43,553 bases of DNA from Octopus bimaculoides (Eukaryota): contig NC_068983.1 in the NCBI RefSeq assembly GCF_001194135.2, forward strand, positions 71,697,818 through 71,741,370. The letters are read 5' to 3'. The position numbers were made by a program, and so were the translations under genes. The notes under the pieces are model-generated. The model did no database searches, had not been told where the DNA came from, and saw only the letters and a program-made list of their open reading frames with translations. Positions 23,936 to 38,069 of this stretch are shown piece by piece (position 1 is the first letter of the stretch; the number at the start of each line of letters is the position of its first letter).

Positions 23936-24586
23936 CTTTGAAAAGAAAAAAAACATATATATATATATATATTTCTTTTTTTTTCAAAAGTGAAACAAGT
24001 TAAAGATAATATTTCATTAAATATTATCATAATTGATGCATTGAGCATTAAAAAGCTAACTAGAAATAAATATGCAATGAGGTAAAACACAATATTAGTT
24101 AATAACTAAAACTTTAATTATTTTAGCAAATACAGAAGACTTCATACATGCTTTGGTCTTATTATGTCTTCATCAAAAACACAGATTTTACTATATATGC
24201 CACAGTAGTTGAATATTGTACAGTGGTTGGCAGAGAAGATTAGAATAACTTAAATATATAATTCAGAGATGTTATTTGTATGAAAAACAATAGTCAATTT
24301 ATAATGCTCAAAACAGATATATGTATGCATAAATATGCATGCCTATCAGCTGTATATGCAACTGAATACCCATCTGCACAGCCTTTTACATGTATGCATG
24401 TTTACATTGTAGATACCCATGACTGCACATCTGTGTCGGTGTAGCTTCATTTACATTAAAAAAAAATTTCAGCTTATTCAATAATTTTATGCCTCCTTAA
24501 AGTTAAAAGCAATTTTATTAAAATATCATAGAGAAAATTTCACACCTACAAAATATCTGAAAGTGTTAGATTAGGAAAGAACTTAC

Positions 24587-24699
24587 CCAAGAGATTCAAA
24601 AGACTTCAGACAGTTCAAATTAAAGGCGAATATCGCAGCCCCTGCATTACGACAATAAAATGACGAAAGTCCAGTAAACCTCTCCTCACCAGCAGTATC
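24587..24699 (-). CDS. RAB20: Rab20-like GTPase exon 4
   Basis: gctgtAG|gat...ttgg|GTaagt. Reads DTAGEERFTGLSSFYCRNAGAAIFAFNLNCLKSFESL (G3/switch II); phase 0->2. Confidence 0.93.
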
Positions 24700-25936
24700 C
24701 TACAGCAAAACAAATCTTCAGTAATCAGCAACACATTTAAAATAGTAATGTCTTATTTAAAAAATTAAACCAACATAAATAAAATATAAACATTTATTTG
24801 TAAGAAAAACTGCAGTTTGTTGGCTATACACAAAAGCTTTCAAACATTTATATTCAGAGCACATCACAGAATATGGCGTTTGTAATTGCATGGGACTTAG
24901 TTACACTGAAGTAATTTATCTGCTTGATGCAAGAAAAAAAAGTCATCTCCCTTGAAAAAATTGCCAATAAACTATCAGTCTACTTGTTAGTATGCAATAA
25001 TTCTAAATAGCCCCTACCGAGTTTCTTATCTCTTTTCTTACAAGTATTGCTAATGACACAAGTAGGAGCAGAAAATTACAATACAAAACCCTCTTTCCTT
25101 CACTTATCAGCAAAGAGGCTGACAGCAAGCATTCACCTTTGGTTATTCTATAAGGTTGTTATGCTTTGCTTCGTGAACAGTTACAAATACTAGAACTGCT
25201 AGAATTTCCTGAAGTCAAAGCTTGTAAAAGAAATGTAAACTTTACATAAAGACAATTGATAACATATTGTGAAAGCAGCTTTTCTAAAATGAAAAGCACA
25301 AGTATATCCCTCAGTATTTTTCATTTTATGCATTGTAATATAAAGAGCTTTAACATTCCACAAGATAAAGGCTAGAAATTTTGAAAATAAAATGAAGTCA
25401 GCATTTTTAGTGTAGTAAACTTCAAAGAAAACAGTAACTACATTAGATGAAGATTTTCAACTTGTTATATCACATATGTGGGACTATACTGTGTTTACAA
25501 TAAAAGAAGGCCAATAGGAATATCTTGGAGTTGACAAGATAATAATAGATCAATAATTGATCTAATAATTAATAAAACTGCGTGGAGACAGCTACACTAT
25601 GTACAAAAATCACCATCTTCAATGACTAGAATTTGCATTTAAAACTGAACTTAGGCGAAGTTATTTGACCCAAATAAGAAGGAAGTAGCAATATTGTTTC
25701 AACACTTAGTAACAATGTATAAACCGTTGCAACAACATATGCAGTTAATAAATCTCAAGATGTTTAGTACTGAATGGAAAGCTACCAGGAAACATTGAAT
25801 TCAAACTACATCTATTTTAATTAGTTGCAGCTCAAAGAAATGATTTTCAGTTTAAAATTTTAAGAGTTCAGGGTTACAATGTTAAAATTTACTAAAATGT
25901 ACTATGTTGATATATTGCAGTACTGAAATATTCTAG

Positions 25937-26295
25937 TCTGTCGGTTACGATGACGAGGGTTCTAGTTGATCCATTCAACGGGACAGCCTGCTCGTTAAAT
26001 TAACGTGCAAATGGCTGAGTGCTCCACAGACACGTGTACCCTTAACATAGTTTTCGGGGAGATTCAGCATGACAGAGAGTGTGACAAGGCTGGCCCTTTG
26101 AAACACAAGTACAACAGAAACAGGAAGAAAGAGTGAGAGAAAGTTGTGGTGAAAGAGTACAGCAGGGTTCGCCACCACCCCCTGCTGGAACCTCGTGGAG
26201 CTTTAAGTGTTTTCACACAATAAACACTCACAACGCCTGGTCTGGGAATCGAAACCACGAGTCCGCTGCCTTAACCACTGGGTCATTGCACCTCC
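25937..26295 (-). mobile_element. tRNA-derived SINE, third family (octopus OR-type), in RAB20 intron 3
   Basis: Minus-strand head ggaggtgcaatgacccagtggttaagg (A-box), gtttcgattccc (B-box); tail ...gtcatcgtaaccgaca. Confidence 0.75.
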
Positions 26296-26361
26296 AATCA
26301 TAAGATATAAACAATAGGAACAACCTTTTATGATACAAATAATGAAAACAAGTATTCTTAC

Positions 26362-26418
26362 CCAAACAGCAACATTGTAGGGACCCCAGTGTTTCATGAA
26401 AAAGGAGGCTCCAATAGT
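26362..26418 (-). CDS. RAB20: Rab20-like GTPase exon 3
   Basis: tatatAG|act...tgg|GTaaga. Reads TIGASFFMKHWGPYNVAVW (human RAB20: TVGGAFYLKQWRSYNISIW); phase 0->0. Confidence 0.93.
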
Positions 26419-26994
26419 CTATATAAAGATAAAATAAATAAACTTTTAAAGAAATAAAGATTTAATAAAATGGCAGTAAAAAAAATACACAGAAAATATT
26501 ATCTATGGAAGTTACCAACGTTGAGAAGGATAGGAACAAATTTAAACTTACACAGACTTCTGCATATGCAGTAACTCAGTATTAAACATTGCAAGCAAGT
26601 ATTCATGTTATTTATTTATCTTTGGACTATTGTAGCTATACAGATCTTCGGAATAGCTGTCATATTTAATACAAACTGCTATTTTTTAAGGAAGCATGCT
26701 CTCATTAACCACAAAGATATATAACGTTCTGGTGTACACTACAAAGGCAATGATCAACCATTACCTCTTTATACAGACTGTTAAAGATTTCTTACATTAA
26801 ACTCATAACATAGGTGGCCACAGACACCTACCTGAAACTGGTTTAAAGTGTAGATATTCAAATTAAAATCTTATATTATGATTTTCTAATTATGTTCCAA
26901 ACACAAGCCTAATAATGACTTAATCCCACCCAAATTCTTCTTCAAAAAACTATTACAATATGAACAATTATAACAGATAACCTCCAACATCATG

Positions 26995-27172
26995 GCAATG
27001 TATATTTACATATATATAAGTGTGTTTGTGTGTGTATATCAAACCCCTTACATGTTTCTCTGTGTGTGTGTGTGTACATGCGCGCATGTCAGTATGTGTG
27101 CGCACACGTGTCGGTATGTGTGTACGCACGTGTGTCGGTATGTGTGTGTTTGTATATCAAACCCCTTACATT
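26995..27172. repeat. (TG)-rich tract with a duplicated gtatatcaaaccccttacat unit
   Basis: The 20-mer occurs at about 27034 and 27152. Confidence 0.8.
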
Positions 27173-28029
27173 TTTCCAATATCTGATGAGATGGATTTGT
27201 CTTACACACCCACAAAACTTAAAGTCATATGGAACTGAGTCAAGCAGTTATTAAAAAATATATGTAACCCTGCCAAATGTGTTAAGTATTACTTTTGTTT
27301 GTTCACTTGTATTAGTGGTCAAAATTCCATTGAGCGCCAGTTACAAAGGCCAGATAAACAATTGATAATGGGGAGAGAACCACTGCAGTACTCTGATATT
27401 TACCCAAATACCACCAAGGAAACATTATGTAACACACCCATCAAGAAAAAAGAAAGCATTATCAAGTGTATGCTCTGGAAAATCTTTTCTTTGAAGAATT
27501 TTTCCACCACCACATCTGAATACAAACTCTGCTTTAAATCCTGGGAGTGCTCTGCCCAGATAAAGGACCTTTGTTCTTTATCTGGAGAGGTCACTCCCAA
27601 GATTATTGAAGCTGGTTTAATGAACGTCATAAAAAGAAGATATTGGCATCATTCTAACCCTTTCCTAACTTCTTTAAACAGTTACATGACATATTAAACA
27701 ATCATGTAATGTACACATTCTTGCTGACAAAACAAAGGAAAGACATGAACCAAAAACTTCCATGTGCAGACTTCTTACAAACACAATCACCAAAATATAG
27801 AAGAAAATTAGCATCACTACATACAAACACAGAAGCAAAAGAGTTAGTCATTCTTCTAAATACAAAGGATTGTATGAACCACTTTGCCACACCCCTACCC
27901 CATATCATAAGCCAAAGATCAATGTCAGAGATCCATTTCTCAATGTGGTGCATGCATGTGTGTACACATATGTGTACCCCAGGTTTTAGAATACTCACGC
28001 TGCATCCTTACAGATCACAGGAGACAACT

Positions 28030-28250
28030 AAAAGTGTTGGCATTAGTAAGGACATCTAGCTGTTAAACACTGCCTGGAAATATGCCTTTCAACCCCTTCA
28101 AGTTTGGGAAAAGACAAAATGATGAAATTCATCATCATTTAATGTCCATATCCCAAACTGGCATGGGTTGGATGGTTTAACAAGATCCGATGGGTCCAAA
28201 AACAGCATTGAGCTGTGTCTGCTCAGGCAGAGTTTCTGTGGCTTGACACC
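28030..28250. mobile_element. Two tail-to-tail decayed RTE 3' UTR fragments
   Basis: Plus-strand ttagtaaggacatctagctg..; minus-strand atcatcatttaatgtcc..ggcatgggttggatggttt. Confidence 0.5.
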
Positions 28251-28263
28251 AACCACAATATTC

Positions 28264-28295
<32 letters not shown>

Positions 28296-28667
28296 TCTGT
28301 TCATCCTCTAATTCCTTATGTACTTTGTACTTCTATATGTAAACCATGTTGGCAAAATAACATAGTCTGCCATGGACACCTGTGCTTTGGTTCTTTCTTT
28401 CTTTTTCTTTTCTTTTGTCACTTTTGCTATGAATTAAATTAATGAATTCAACGGGATACACCGTCTGCAAGTAGTTGGGTTCAGCATATTATCCTCCATT
28501 TTCTAATTGTTACACAAATTTTGGGTAAAACCTCCACTTTTACCCGCTCCCATTGATTGCACCTAGTATAACACTAGTGTAGCAATAATTGGGTACCCTC
28601 CCAGCAGTATACTGGATAGATACTATCCCTTAGTGGGTTGTACCCCCAACCCCTAACTCTCTCACGT

Positions 28668-28699
<32 letters not shown>

Positions 28700-29469
28700 T
28701 TGCAATATTCTTGATGTGAAATTGTATGTTGAAACAGATATTGTTATATAGTTGGGAATAGTCATATTTTTGAAGATGAAACATGGGATAAAGAGATGCT
28801 GAAGATGTCACAGAATGTTTGATGAAAGAGCTTAGACAAAAGACACTAAAACAATAATAACAATGGTGATGATGATAAAGACCAAATATATAGTGCAGGT
28901 GTTTAATTGACAAATATATGACCATCCCCAAATATAACAGTGTGTGTGTGTGTGTGTGTACACAAACTCACACACATACACACATCTGTTAACTATTTCC
29001 TATTTTAACACAATTTCTTTCAACAAGAAATCAAGCCTGAGGAGATAGTATGAAATAGGAAATCATTACAAAAGATAAACTCTACTCCAAAATATATTTA
29101 TGTATGTGCGTGTATATACACAGAGACACATATTTACATACACAAACATAGTCATACACACACAAACACATATATACACACACACATGCATGCATTTAAA
29201 ACTGTGTGTAGTTAAAAGATATTTTTCCATGAGTACCAAATAAATGTACATTTCTGTCACACTCAGAAATACACAATTCCAGATCATCTATTTAAAATCT
29301 CATCAGCATTGTCATTCTAAGTTTATTTCCCATGCTAGCATCGTTTAAAGAAGTTGTTGAGGCTCCCTTTGTTGGATCAAGGGAGCATATTTTGTCTTGG
29401 TTCATACAGCTTTCCAATGACTGTGTACTACTATATGCATAGAAATGAATTCCTAAAACTTTATTACAT

Positions 29470-29775
29470 ACATTGACCCTAACTCTGATAATATTTACTG
29501 CATTCACTGAGCCTGACTTTGATAATACTACATATATATATATATATATTAATCCTGACTCTTTGATAATATATACTATATACATTAATCTTGACTTCTT
29601 GATATTTACTACATTCATTGATCCTGCTAATATTCACTACATTCATTGATTTTGATTGATTCTTTAATAATACTAACTGCATATACATTGATCCTGAATC
29701 CCTGATACTACATATACACTATCCTGACTTTCTGATTATACTTACTACATATATTGATCCTGACTGATAATAACC
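29470..29775. repeat. Degenerate minisatellite, ~30-36-bp unit, about 9-10 copies
   Basis: Recurring cattgatcctga..tgataata..tactaca motif. Confidence 0.75.
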
Positions 29776-32664
29776 GTCTTGGCTATGTTTACACCTTGTT
29801 CTAAGTTTAAATTACTCAAACAATGCTCAAATAATATGTTCATTTTTGTTTGTACTTTGTGTGTGTGTGTGTGTGCATGCACATGTGTGTGTAGCATAGA
29901 AGTCATCAGTCCTATACATGTTACTTCACTACAACCACAGTTCAAGTAGATATGGTTCTCCTTTATTTTTTTTTTTTTAAGTAACAAATTTTAAAAAGTG
30001 ATGACATATCAAATAGAATAAGTCACATTGCAGTACACTGAAAAACAAGGAAAATAGAAAGATAAACAGTTGAACGATATGGAGAAATAGAAAGAATAGA
30101 ATCTAATGGTCTAAATTTTAGCAACACAGAGCAGAGACAATGCATAAGATTGTTACTAATCTTCAGAATGGTTGTAAAGAAAGATGCAGAAATACAAGAG
30201 CAGGTAAATTTACAAAATCAATCAAGATACTATGGAAACAAGTGTGACCAGGAGACAATAATAATATAACAACTATACATGATAGCAATTCAGCACTAAA
30301 TATAACAATCATAGCCATTTTGTGAAAACTTGAGATACATCTCCATTTGATGGTGATTAAAATAAAGAGCAAGTAATGCATTTAAAGATTATCTTTATTC
30401 TTACATTGAAAATGAAAAAAGGAATAGGGGTTTGTTAATTGTTGCTGTTTTCGTGTTTTGATGTCAACATTCAGTAAACATAAATAGAAGCAACCCATAC
30501 AAAAAAAAACACAATAATCAGAGAAAATTAATGATTGAATATTAACTATAATGCTCATATAATCCTTCAAATAGGACAGCACCTAATAAAAAGTAAAAAA
30601 AAAAAAGTGAGAGAGAGAGATTAGCAAGAAGCAGCATTTAGGATGAAAGTCCTATTTGCAATGAGGAAGCAGTATTAAAATTGAGTATATTAGATCACAT
30701 ATAACGTGAGATAATGAGATGGTGTTTTCAAAAAGATATATAAAATCATATTTGTGCATAGCCTACATATACACATATATACACAGACTTTATGTGTTCT
30801 GTTGTGGCACAGGTAAGTGAAAAACTAATCTTAAGTGGATCTGACTTGATCTTTGAAATCAGTTTGCAACTGATAGAATTGAAGCATTTTCTAGCCATAA
30901 AAAAGAAGCCTAGTCCTAGTGATATAATTTAGGCAAAGTTATATATTTGAGGTTATGATTAAAGATAATCAGAGATTGTAATGACCTTGTAGCTGTTCAA
31001 ATTTGAGAGCTTTAGTTGTGCATACAGAGAGAGTAGTGCAAAACAGATTCTCTTCATGTTTAGCAATTGTATTTAAGCCATCTTTAAAGTCACTGTTCAT
31101 GAATGCAGTATAAATTTAGTTTGATATCTAGGTTGGATGTCATGACACTTGTGTGCAAAACAATGAAGAATGAGGGGTGGTGTTATCTTCAGAGCTGACT
31201 GCAGTTAGAAGTAACAGCACAAAGGTCATAATGTCTGAAAAAAAAGAATGTTAAAGTCTTAGACAAACCAAAGCATACCAGAGTTTACAGAAATGTAAAA
31301 CTAGAGAATCTTGTAAATGTACACTGAAATGGAATAGCCAGTAAGGTGAGAGACAGGTAAATTGGCAAGGTAGTTTTTGTGTCAGACATAACAAAAGACT
31401 TTGTTAGCATTGTGGACAACAAAATTACTTGCACTAAAACTTTCAAGATTGAGAGATCACTGACATTTGATGCAGAAAAGAAAATCTCCAGTAGATATAA
31501 ATACAGGGTATTGCTAAAAAGCAGATAAAAACCAAGGTGTAGAAGCAAGTGGTTGTTTATGACAGTTTGTACAATCATCGGAATATTAGAAGAGAAGGCT
31601 ATAAACCAACAGTGACAAGTGAGACTGCCTTTCTTTGGACAATTTGTCATAAATTTTCATGCATTTGAGACAAGTCCATGCAGAATGAAAGTGAAAAATT
31701 AAGTGAGGACAGGCACTTTCTCAAGAGCACTTATAATAAAAAGAACACTGACAAGACCTATTACCTTTGTGGATTGGAGTGGCCTGAGAAGCTTTTGCAT
31801 TTGGAAGCTATGCATACATTGTGAAGTGGAGAAGGAAAGTTTGAGAGGGATTTTGTTGTGTACAGATCATAGCTGAAGAAAATAAAAAATGTTGCATAGC
31901 TTATTTGAAGATACTATATTAATTTGAGTTGAACAACTTATTGTAAATTCAAAACTAATCACCACAAATGTTTTGATAACTGTGCCACTTACAAGAGAAC
32001 TCGAAATACATCTCCAAGATTCCTTCACCAGGAAGGTTGTTTTAACTTTGTTAATATGACATACAAAACATTTTAGTTTTGGTTGTTGCTGCATAACCTT
32101 GGTTGTTGTTGCATAGCCCTAAGATAGCTCGTGTTTTAGTTCCACAATGAAGTGCTTCAATAATTGTACTAAAGAAATATTGGTACTTGACACTAAACAC
32201 TTTTCGTTCTTTATCATCCATCCATCAAAACTCTATAGCTCAAGGAGATCATAAATACATAGAAACATGTGTTTTAAAAGTATATAACCTGGTGGTATTT
32301 ATCTCCTCTCCAGATATGGCTGGCCATTAGCATCTCTGTAAAAGGCTCTTCAGCCTTTTGAGAGGTATGTTTCTTTTTTAATTTTGCTACGTCCCCACAC
32401 ACCATCTTCACCCAGTAAACTGAACTGGGGGTGGTTAATTGCCAACCACCAGCCATGGGTTAGGTTGTAGTAGATAACATGACACGCAAGTAGCATGTAG
32501 CACATGACATATCAAACCCTTCTTATAATTTTAAAACTTCATGATTTGAATTGTACACATACACTCAATGCTGCTGCAGAAGTAAACTTGATTTCTTACT
32601 TAGACCTAACAATGTCTCCGATTCTGAGAAAAGGGAAAATGTCATTGCATACTATTTAAAATAA

Positions 32665-32962
32665 GTTCGAGCGAGTTCGTTGCCAGTACCACTGGACTGG
32701 CTCCTGTGCAGGTGGCACGTAAAAAACACCTTTTTGAGCGTGATCGTTGCCAGTACCGTGTGACTGGCTCTCGTGCCAGTGGTACATAAAAGCACCCACT
32801 ACACTCTCGGAGTGGTTGGCGTTAGGAAGGGTATCCAACAGTAGAAACTCTGCCAAATCAGATTGGAGCCTGGTGTAGCCATCTGGTTCGCCAGTCCTCA
32901 ATCAAATTGTCCAACCCATGCTAGCATGGAAAACGGACGTTAAACGACGATGATGATGATGA
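32665..32962 (+). mobile_element. RTE 3' UTR copy with two modules
   Basis: Close match to 11225-11610 and 22870-23158; (GAT)n tail. Confidence 0.85.
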
Positions 32963-35116
32963 AATCTTATTAGTTAATTTTTGCTGTTCCAATTCCATTC
33001 ATATCTTAACTACTACTTTATTTTAACGAATCAGGAAGGATGAAAGGTAACGTTAACTTTGAAAGGATTTCATAGAGATTAAATAATAAATATTTACAAA
33101 CTATTCACTTAAAACTGGTTCATCAAAAAGCTCTTTAATTTGCTCAACAGAGTAATAGAATGTAATATTAATTCACATATTCATCCCAATTCTGATGGCC
33201 TTAAAATTTCTGCTAATGACTCATCCTTTTTTTTTTTTTGTTCTTTTTTATCTTTAAGAAAGAAAAATACTATTCAACAGACAAGATTAGAGTTTGAGAA
33301 GCTAGTTCCAACAGAGTATTGCTACATCATGCACTGTACAACTCAGTTTCCAACCTTATGAACTGCCTCGGAAATCTGCTTGACTGTTCCAGCTTTTACC
33401 CTTACCAAATGTTTAAAATAGTTTTTATCTTTGGATCTATTGTTAGCTTATGACCATTTATCTAAGTTAGCATTGATTGTTTCTTCCTTCATCAGTAAAA
33501 TAATGGTTTGTGTTATTACTTAACCCTACCCTGATCTATAACCAAAGGCATTCCAGCAGTGACCATTTTTTTTTTGCCTTTCTTTTTTATATATTTACAT
33601 CTAGAACTAAACTGTTTAATGTATCTTTTTCTTTTTTAAGACAGTAGGGTGTGATTAGTGAGAGAGGGTTGGTTTTTTTTTGTTTTGTTTTTGCTCTTTT
33701 TTTTTAGCATTCTGAGTAACTCTCATGTTTAATGTAATTTTAATGATATATAAACATGTGACAGTGCTGCCAATGTTATTATGCAATTTGACCTTAACAA
33801 CACAGAATTCCTGAAATTCATAGCTGACTTAATAGCTGCTACAACCAATAAATATGGAGTTATTATTTAACTTAACCATTTTACGGCCACAGCATTTTAT
33901 ACCGTTAAAAAAATAATATACTACTGAACATTTTCCATATAGATATCGGTGACTGTTTTTTTTTTTAGATTTGATATAGCTTTAGGTTTTCTTCAACAGG
34001 TCAATCGTAATGACCTATTATCAAAGATGTTTTGATATCATGAGACCTCATGATCCTTTTCACAGTGGCATGCTGGATGACAAATTATCAAAATGTGTCT
34101 CTTGGATTAAATTTACTAAATAAATACAAAGCAGAGTAATTTCTGACAAGTCTTTCCAAGACCCTTCTTTCAGAATCACAGAACCTTTACTCCTTAAAAA
34201 TCTAATTATCCTTTTTACCCTGCTGTTGCTGTCACTTCTTTTTGAAACAAACCTCTAGCATCAACAGGTAATTGTTTCTGTCTCATTGTGAAATTATTTC
34301 AAAGAATGTTACATTCAATCCTATTTTTTAAAAAAAGGACCCATTGCTCTTCAATGAAGGGCTCTGCCTAAAACATTAGTCTTTTCATTCCCCACGGCAA
34401 CCAATTTATTTCACTTTTGAACCACTTGTTCTGACAGATTAGCCTACCTAGCTACAAGTAGATACCATATGAAACTACAGCTTATTGCTGCTAGCAGTAG
34501 GAGAACTATATAGCCAAAAGTGTAATGCTAAGTCCATTCATGGTCCTGAAATAAGGATCCAATGTGATGCAACTATGAGAAGAAATTCTGAGGTAAATAC
34601 GATCAGCAAAATTTGAATCTCTCAGTAAAACTTTTAAAGATATAAGTGGCTAAAATGAAGAAAAAAGATTCACTGAACAATGATAAAAATTATTGTAAGT
34701 AACTGAATGCTAAAACCCAGATTATAAAGATAACCTTCATTTATGTTATCATCATTGTTATAATGTTTACTTTTCCATTCTTGCATGGGGCAGAATTTTC
34801 TCTACAACCAAATTCCCTTCCTGGCACAAACTCCCACCCATTTCCAGGCAAGGTAATAATTTTCCAGTCCATTAAACAGCCAAGGTATGTTAATGCAAAA
34901 AAAAAACAAAAAAAAACTGGAAACAAACACCACATGAAAGAACCTTTTGTTTACAAAGATTGTGCGACATTCCAAAACAAGTCAACAAACCCAGACATGT
35001 TTTCATAGTGGATCACAAGAAAACAATACATTCAACATTGTCAGCAAAGCCACTGTTTACAAACACACATTAAGATAAGGGGAATATGAACTCACCCACA
35101 CAAATGCACAGCCATT

Positions 35117-35270
35117 TCATTTAGTTTCCATCTCCCAAATCCACTCACAAGGCTTTAATCAGCTCAAGGCAATAGTAGGTGGCACATGCCTAATGTACCT
35201 GGCTGTGGGACTGAACCCAAAAGTACATGGTTGGAAAGAGAACTTCTTAACCACACACCTAAACCTGTAC
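35117..35270 (-). mobile_element. SINE 5' half (family of 10041-10427)
   Basis: ccaaatccactcacaaggcttt...gtgggactgaaccc..catggttgg..aaccacac. Confidence 0.6.
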
Positions 35271-35852
35271 ATACTTTCTTGTAATACTAAGAAATTCCTG
35301 AGGCATAGCAATGTCACACTGTCAATATTTCAAAAAAAATTTTACTTGCAAATTCTTCTCTACAAATAATGTTAAGCAATATACATTTAGGAAAAAAAAT
35401 TATGGTGATTATACATGTGTGAGGGTAGATGTAATTATTTATACATATATCTGTCTAGGAGCATGCCTGTTTCTGAGTGTTCTAACAAAGAAAAAGTACT
35501 CAATACACAGAGTTCATTCATATGAAAATGATGGCTCACTCTCTATTTCATGCTTGTTCATGCAACAAGAAATGAATCTGAAACTTGAACAAATATCAAA
35601 ATGAAAGAAACTCAAGAGTAGTGACAGAGTTAAATGTCAGATTTGATCAATATATATAAATATAAATACATGCATACATAAACACTAGTTATATATAAAG
35701 TAAATAAAGTTATATACAGCTGTTCACACAGCCTTTTGATCAACTGTACACATCAGCAGATTCATCAGAAAACTTTATAAATCTGCTGACGCGTTCTATA
35801 CCACAAATGTGTGCATGTATTTTTATGCCAGAATTACATGAACATTGCTTAC

Positions 35853-35946
35853 CGAATCAGTGGTGACAAATTTTCCATCAATATATCGACATATTAAGGA
35901 GGTTTTACCAACATCTTTATCTCCAAGAATCACCACTTTCAAATCT
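35853..35946 (-). CDS. RAB20: Rab20-like GTPase exon 2 (P-loop)
   Basis: tttttcAG|a...tcg|GTaagc. Reads DLKVVILGDKDVGKTSLICRYIDGKFVTTDS; phase 2->0. Confidence 0.93.
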
Positions 35947-37168
35947 CTGAAAAAATATGAAATTTAGGAAAGTTATTTTATTTTGATATTTCTTAAATAT
36001 AAACACTTCAAAACAAAATAGTTTTTCTATTAAGAAAAAAATTATTTGTCAGTTGAAAATATTTGAATATATCTGAAATGTCAAATAAAGACTGTTAACA
36101 GTTCATGAAGTCTCATATGATACAGGATAGGATTGGCAATAACAAAGAGCACATTTATAAGCTTCATTAGGATGACGATGACAGTAGGTCAATCATGCCT
36201 ATGTCATATAAACTCATTTAAACAGGAAGCCACCAATAAAACAACTGCAAAATGTGTCAGTTTTTTAAGGACACCTAATTCAAAAGCTTTAACTTTCTTC
36301 TGGCTTATTTTTTTTACCTTACTTTGCAGATAAATAATGTCAGACATCAGGCTGACTCAGCAAATGAAAAGATGCACAGTAATCATTGCCTTAAAAATAT
36401 AGCATGATGACACAGATGGCTCGCTGATCCTTCGTTGTCAAAGTTCGAAAGGAACTGGGAGCTGCTGACAGAGATCCAGTATCAGCAGCTAAATGGAAAA
36501 CACATGCACAAGGTCCTAATACCATCAGGACACATAACTTTTTTGCAAAAAGTTGAAGGTGCAAGTATGGCTGTGTAGTAAGAAGTTTGCTTCTCAAGAT
36601 TATTTGTACCAATTTGTTTTCAAATACACCTTTTTCTTTATTGAGCTATGCATCTTTTTCTAAATTCAAACAAACGACTTCAAACAACTGATGCATCCTG
36701 TGTTGATTCAGTACAAATTTTTGCTATAATAGAAGAGTATATCTTTGAGAAAGAAATTACAATTTCCTTCTTAAGCTTACTCCAAACTTACAATGTAATG
36801 CATTGAATGGTTAAGATATAAGAATTATGAAACGAATACTGAATTTAGTGCATAACAATGCTTTAAAAATCCAATATACCAAAGTACAGTTAATGTTGAA
36901 AATATGTTTTTATGTAGATTGAAATAAATTATATTCAAGTTTTCACCAAGACAGTATAAGTATTAGAGCTGAGTTTTGATTCATTAATAAAATATATTAC
37001 TTTCCAGTTTTAACTAAAAAAAAAGTAATATAAATCTAAAACAACAATAAGTTAAAAAAAAAACTACAACAAAATATTCTAATATATAAATGGTTGCAGC
37101 TATTTCTTCAATAAGAAAGTGAACAACATGGATTTACCATTTCTCATATACAATGGTTGGTATATATA

Positions 37169-37620
37169 CGAAGATGGACTGAAAAGTTCATATGCTGACT
37201 ATGAAGGAGCGATGCTAGAGCTGTGAAATCTTGCATGCATTAACTTCAGATTTTCTTAATAACTGCATTGCTTCTTTGCAGGTAAACTGACATATAACTG
37301 TTCAAAGACTTCAAAAGTAACTAGTAGTGACTTCCCTTGAAAATGAACAAAATTTAGCATTATGCTGTTATCAAGTACATGCAGAAAATGGGTTGAGCCC
37401 CCAAGGACATTCATGCTGGTATGCTTACTACATTAGGGGATGACACACCAGCTTTATCAACAATGCAAAAGTGGGCAACTGAATTTAGGATTGGAAGGGA
37501 GAGTCTTGAAGATGACCCAGTGTCTGGACATCCTGCAACTATGATGACATGTTGAAAAATAAATCTCATTTGGTTACATTCCATGAGAGTATCTTTGTCA
37601 GCCTATGAACTTTTTAGCAT
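37169..37620 (+). mobile_element. Internally deleted mariner element
   Basis: TA|cgaag..gaaaagttcatatgctgac with inverse gtcagcctatgaactttt. Retains the N-terminal HTH coding AVIKYMQK..SPKDIH..LGDD..STMQKWATEFRIGRESLEDDPVSGHP. Confidence 0.85.
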
Positions 37621-38069
37621 AAAAATGAATTGTTGAAAAAAATGAAAATTCAATTCCCTTAAGATCAGTTATAGTGTATCTTTAACATCACACCAAATTC
37701 AGATTGTTTGCTATTCTTGGTTAGTCATCATTACTTCAGTTTAACAATAAGTATCTAAACCCCACTAATTTTAAGGGTGAATCAATGCTTAGCTCTGTTT
37801 TCTTGACATTATGCTTCTATCACAGCCAGCTAACATTCCCAATGACATTTAAGTGGAATGGAACATAATGCAAACTTGTACTGTAAAAATCTACAACACT
37901 CACAGTGGAACTGTTCCAATACCTATCAACTTCGCTATTTTGCTACTACATCAGTTTAGGTAAATGAAATATATCTACTAACATTACTTAAAAAAAATAA
38001 TAAGTAGAAATGAATTTCCTACTTAATGAATCAACCACTTCACACTACAAACATTCTACCAACGTGAAA

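Noticed and set aside
23936-24090. Hydrophobic N-terminal extension of the 169-aa ORF
   Set aside because: Read-through into intron 4 (poly-T and (TA)n); a canonical acceptor at 23936-23937 gives the Rab frame.
27299-27697. 132-aa ORF with faint resemblance to a Penelope RT C-terminus
   Set aside because: No diagnostic motif and no splice support; left unassigned.
31250-32100. Possible decayed DNA-transposon coding region
   Set aside because: Only a vague KTNHHKCFDNC peptide; not enough to name a family.
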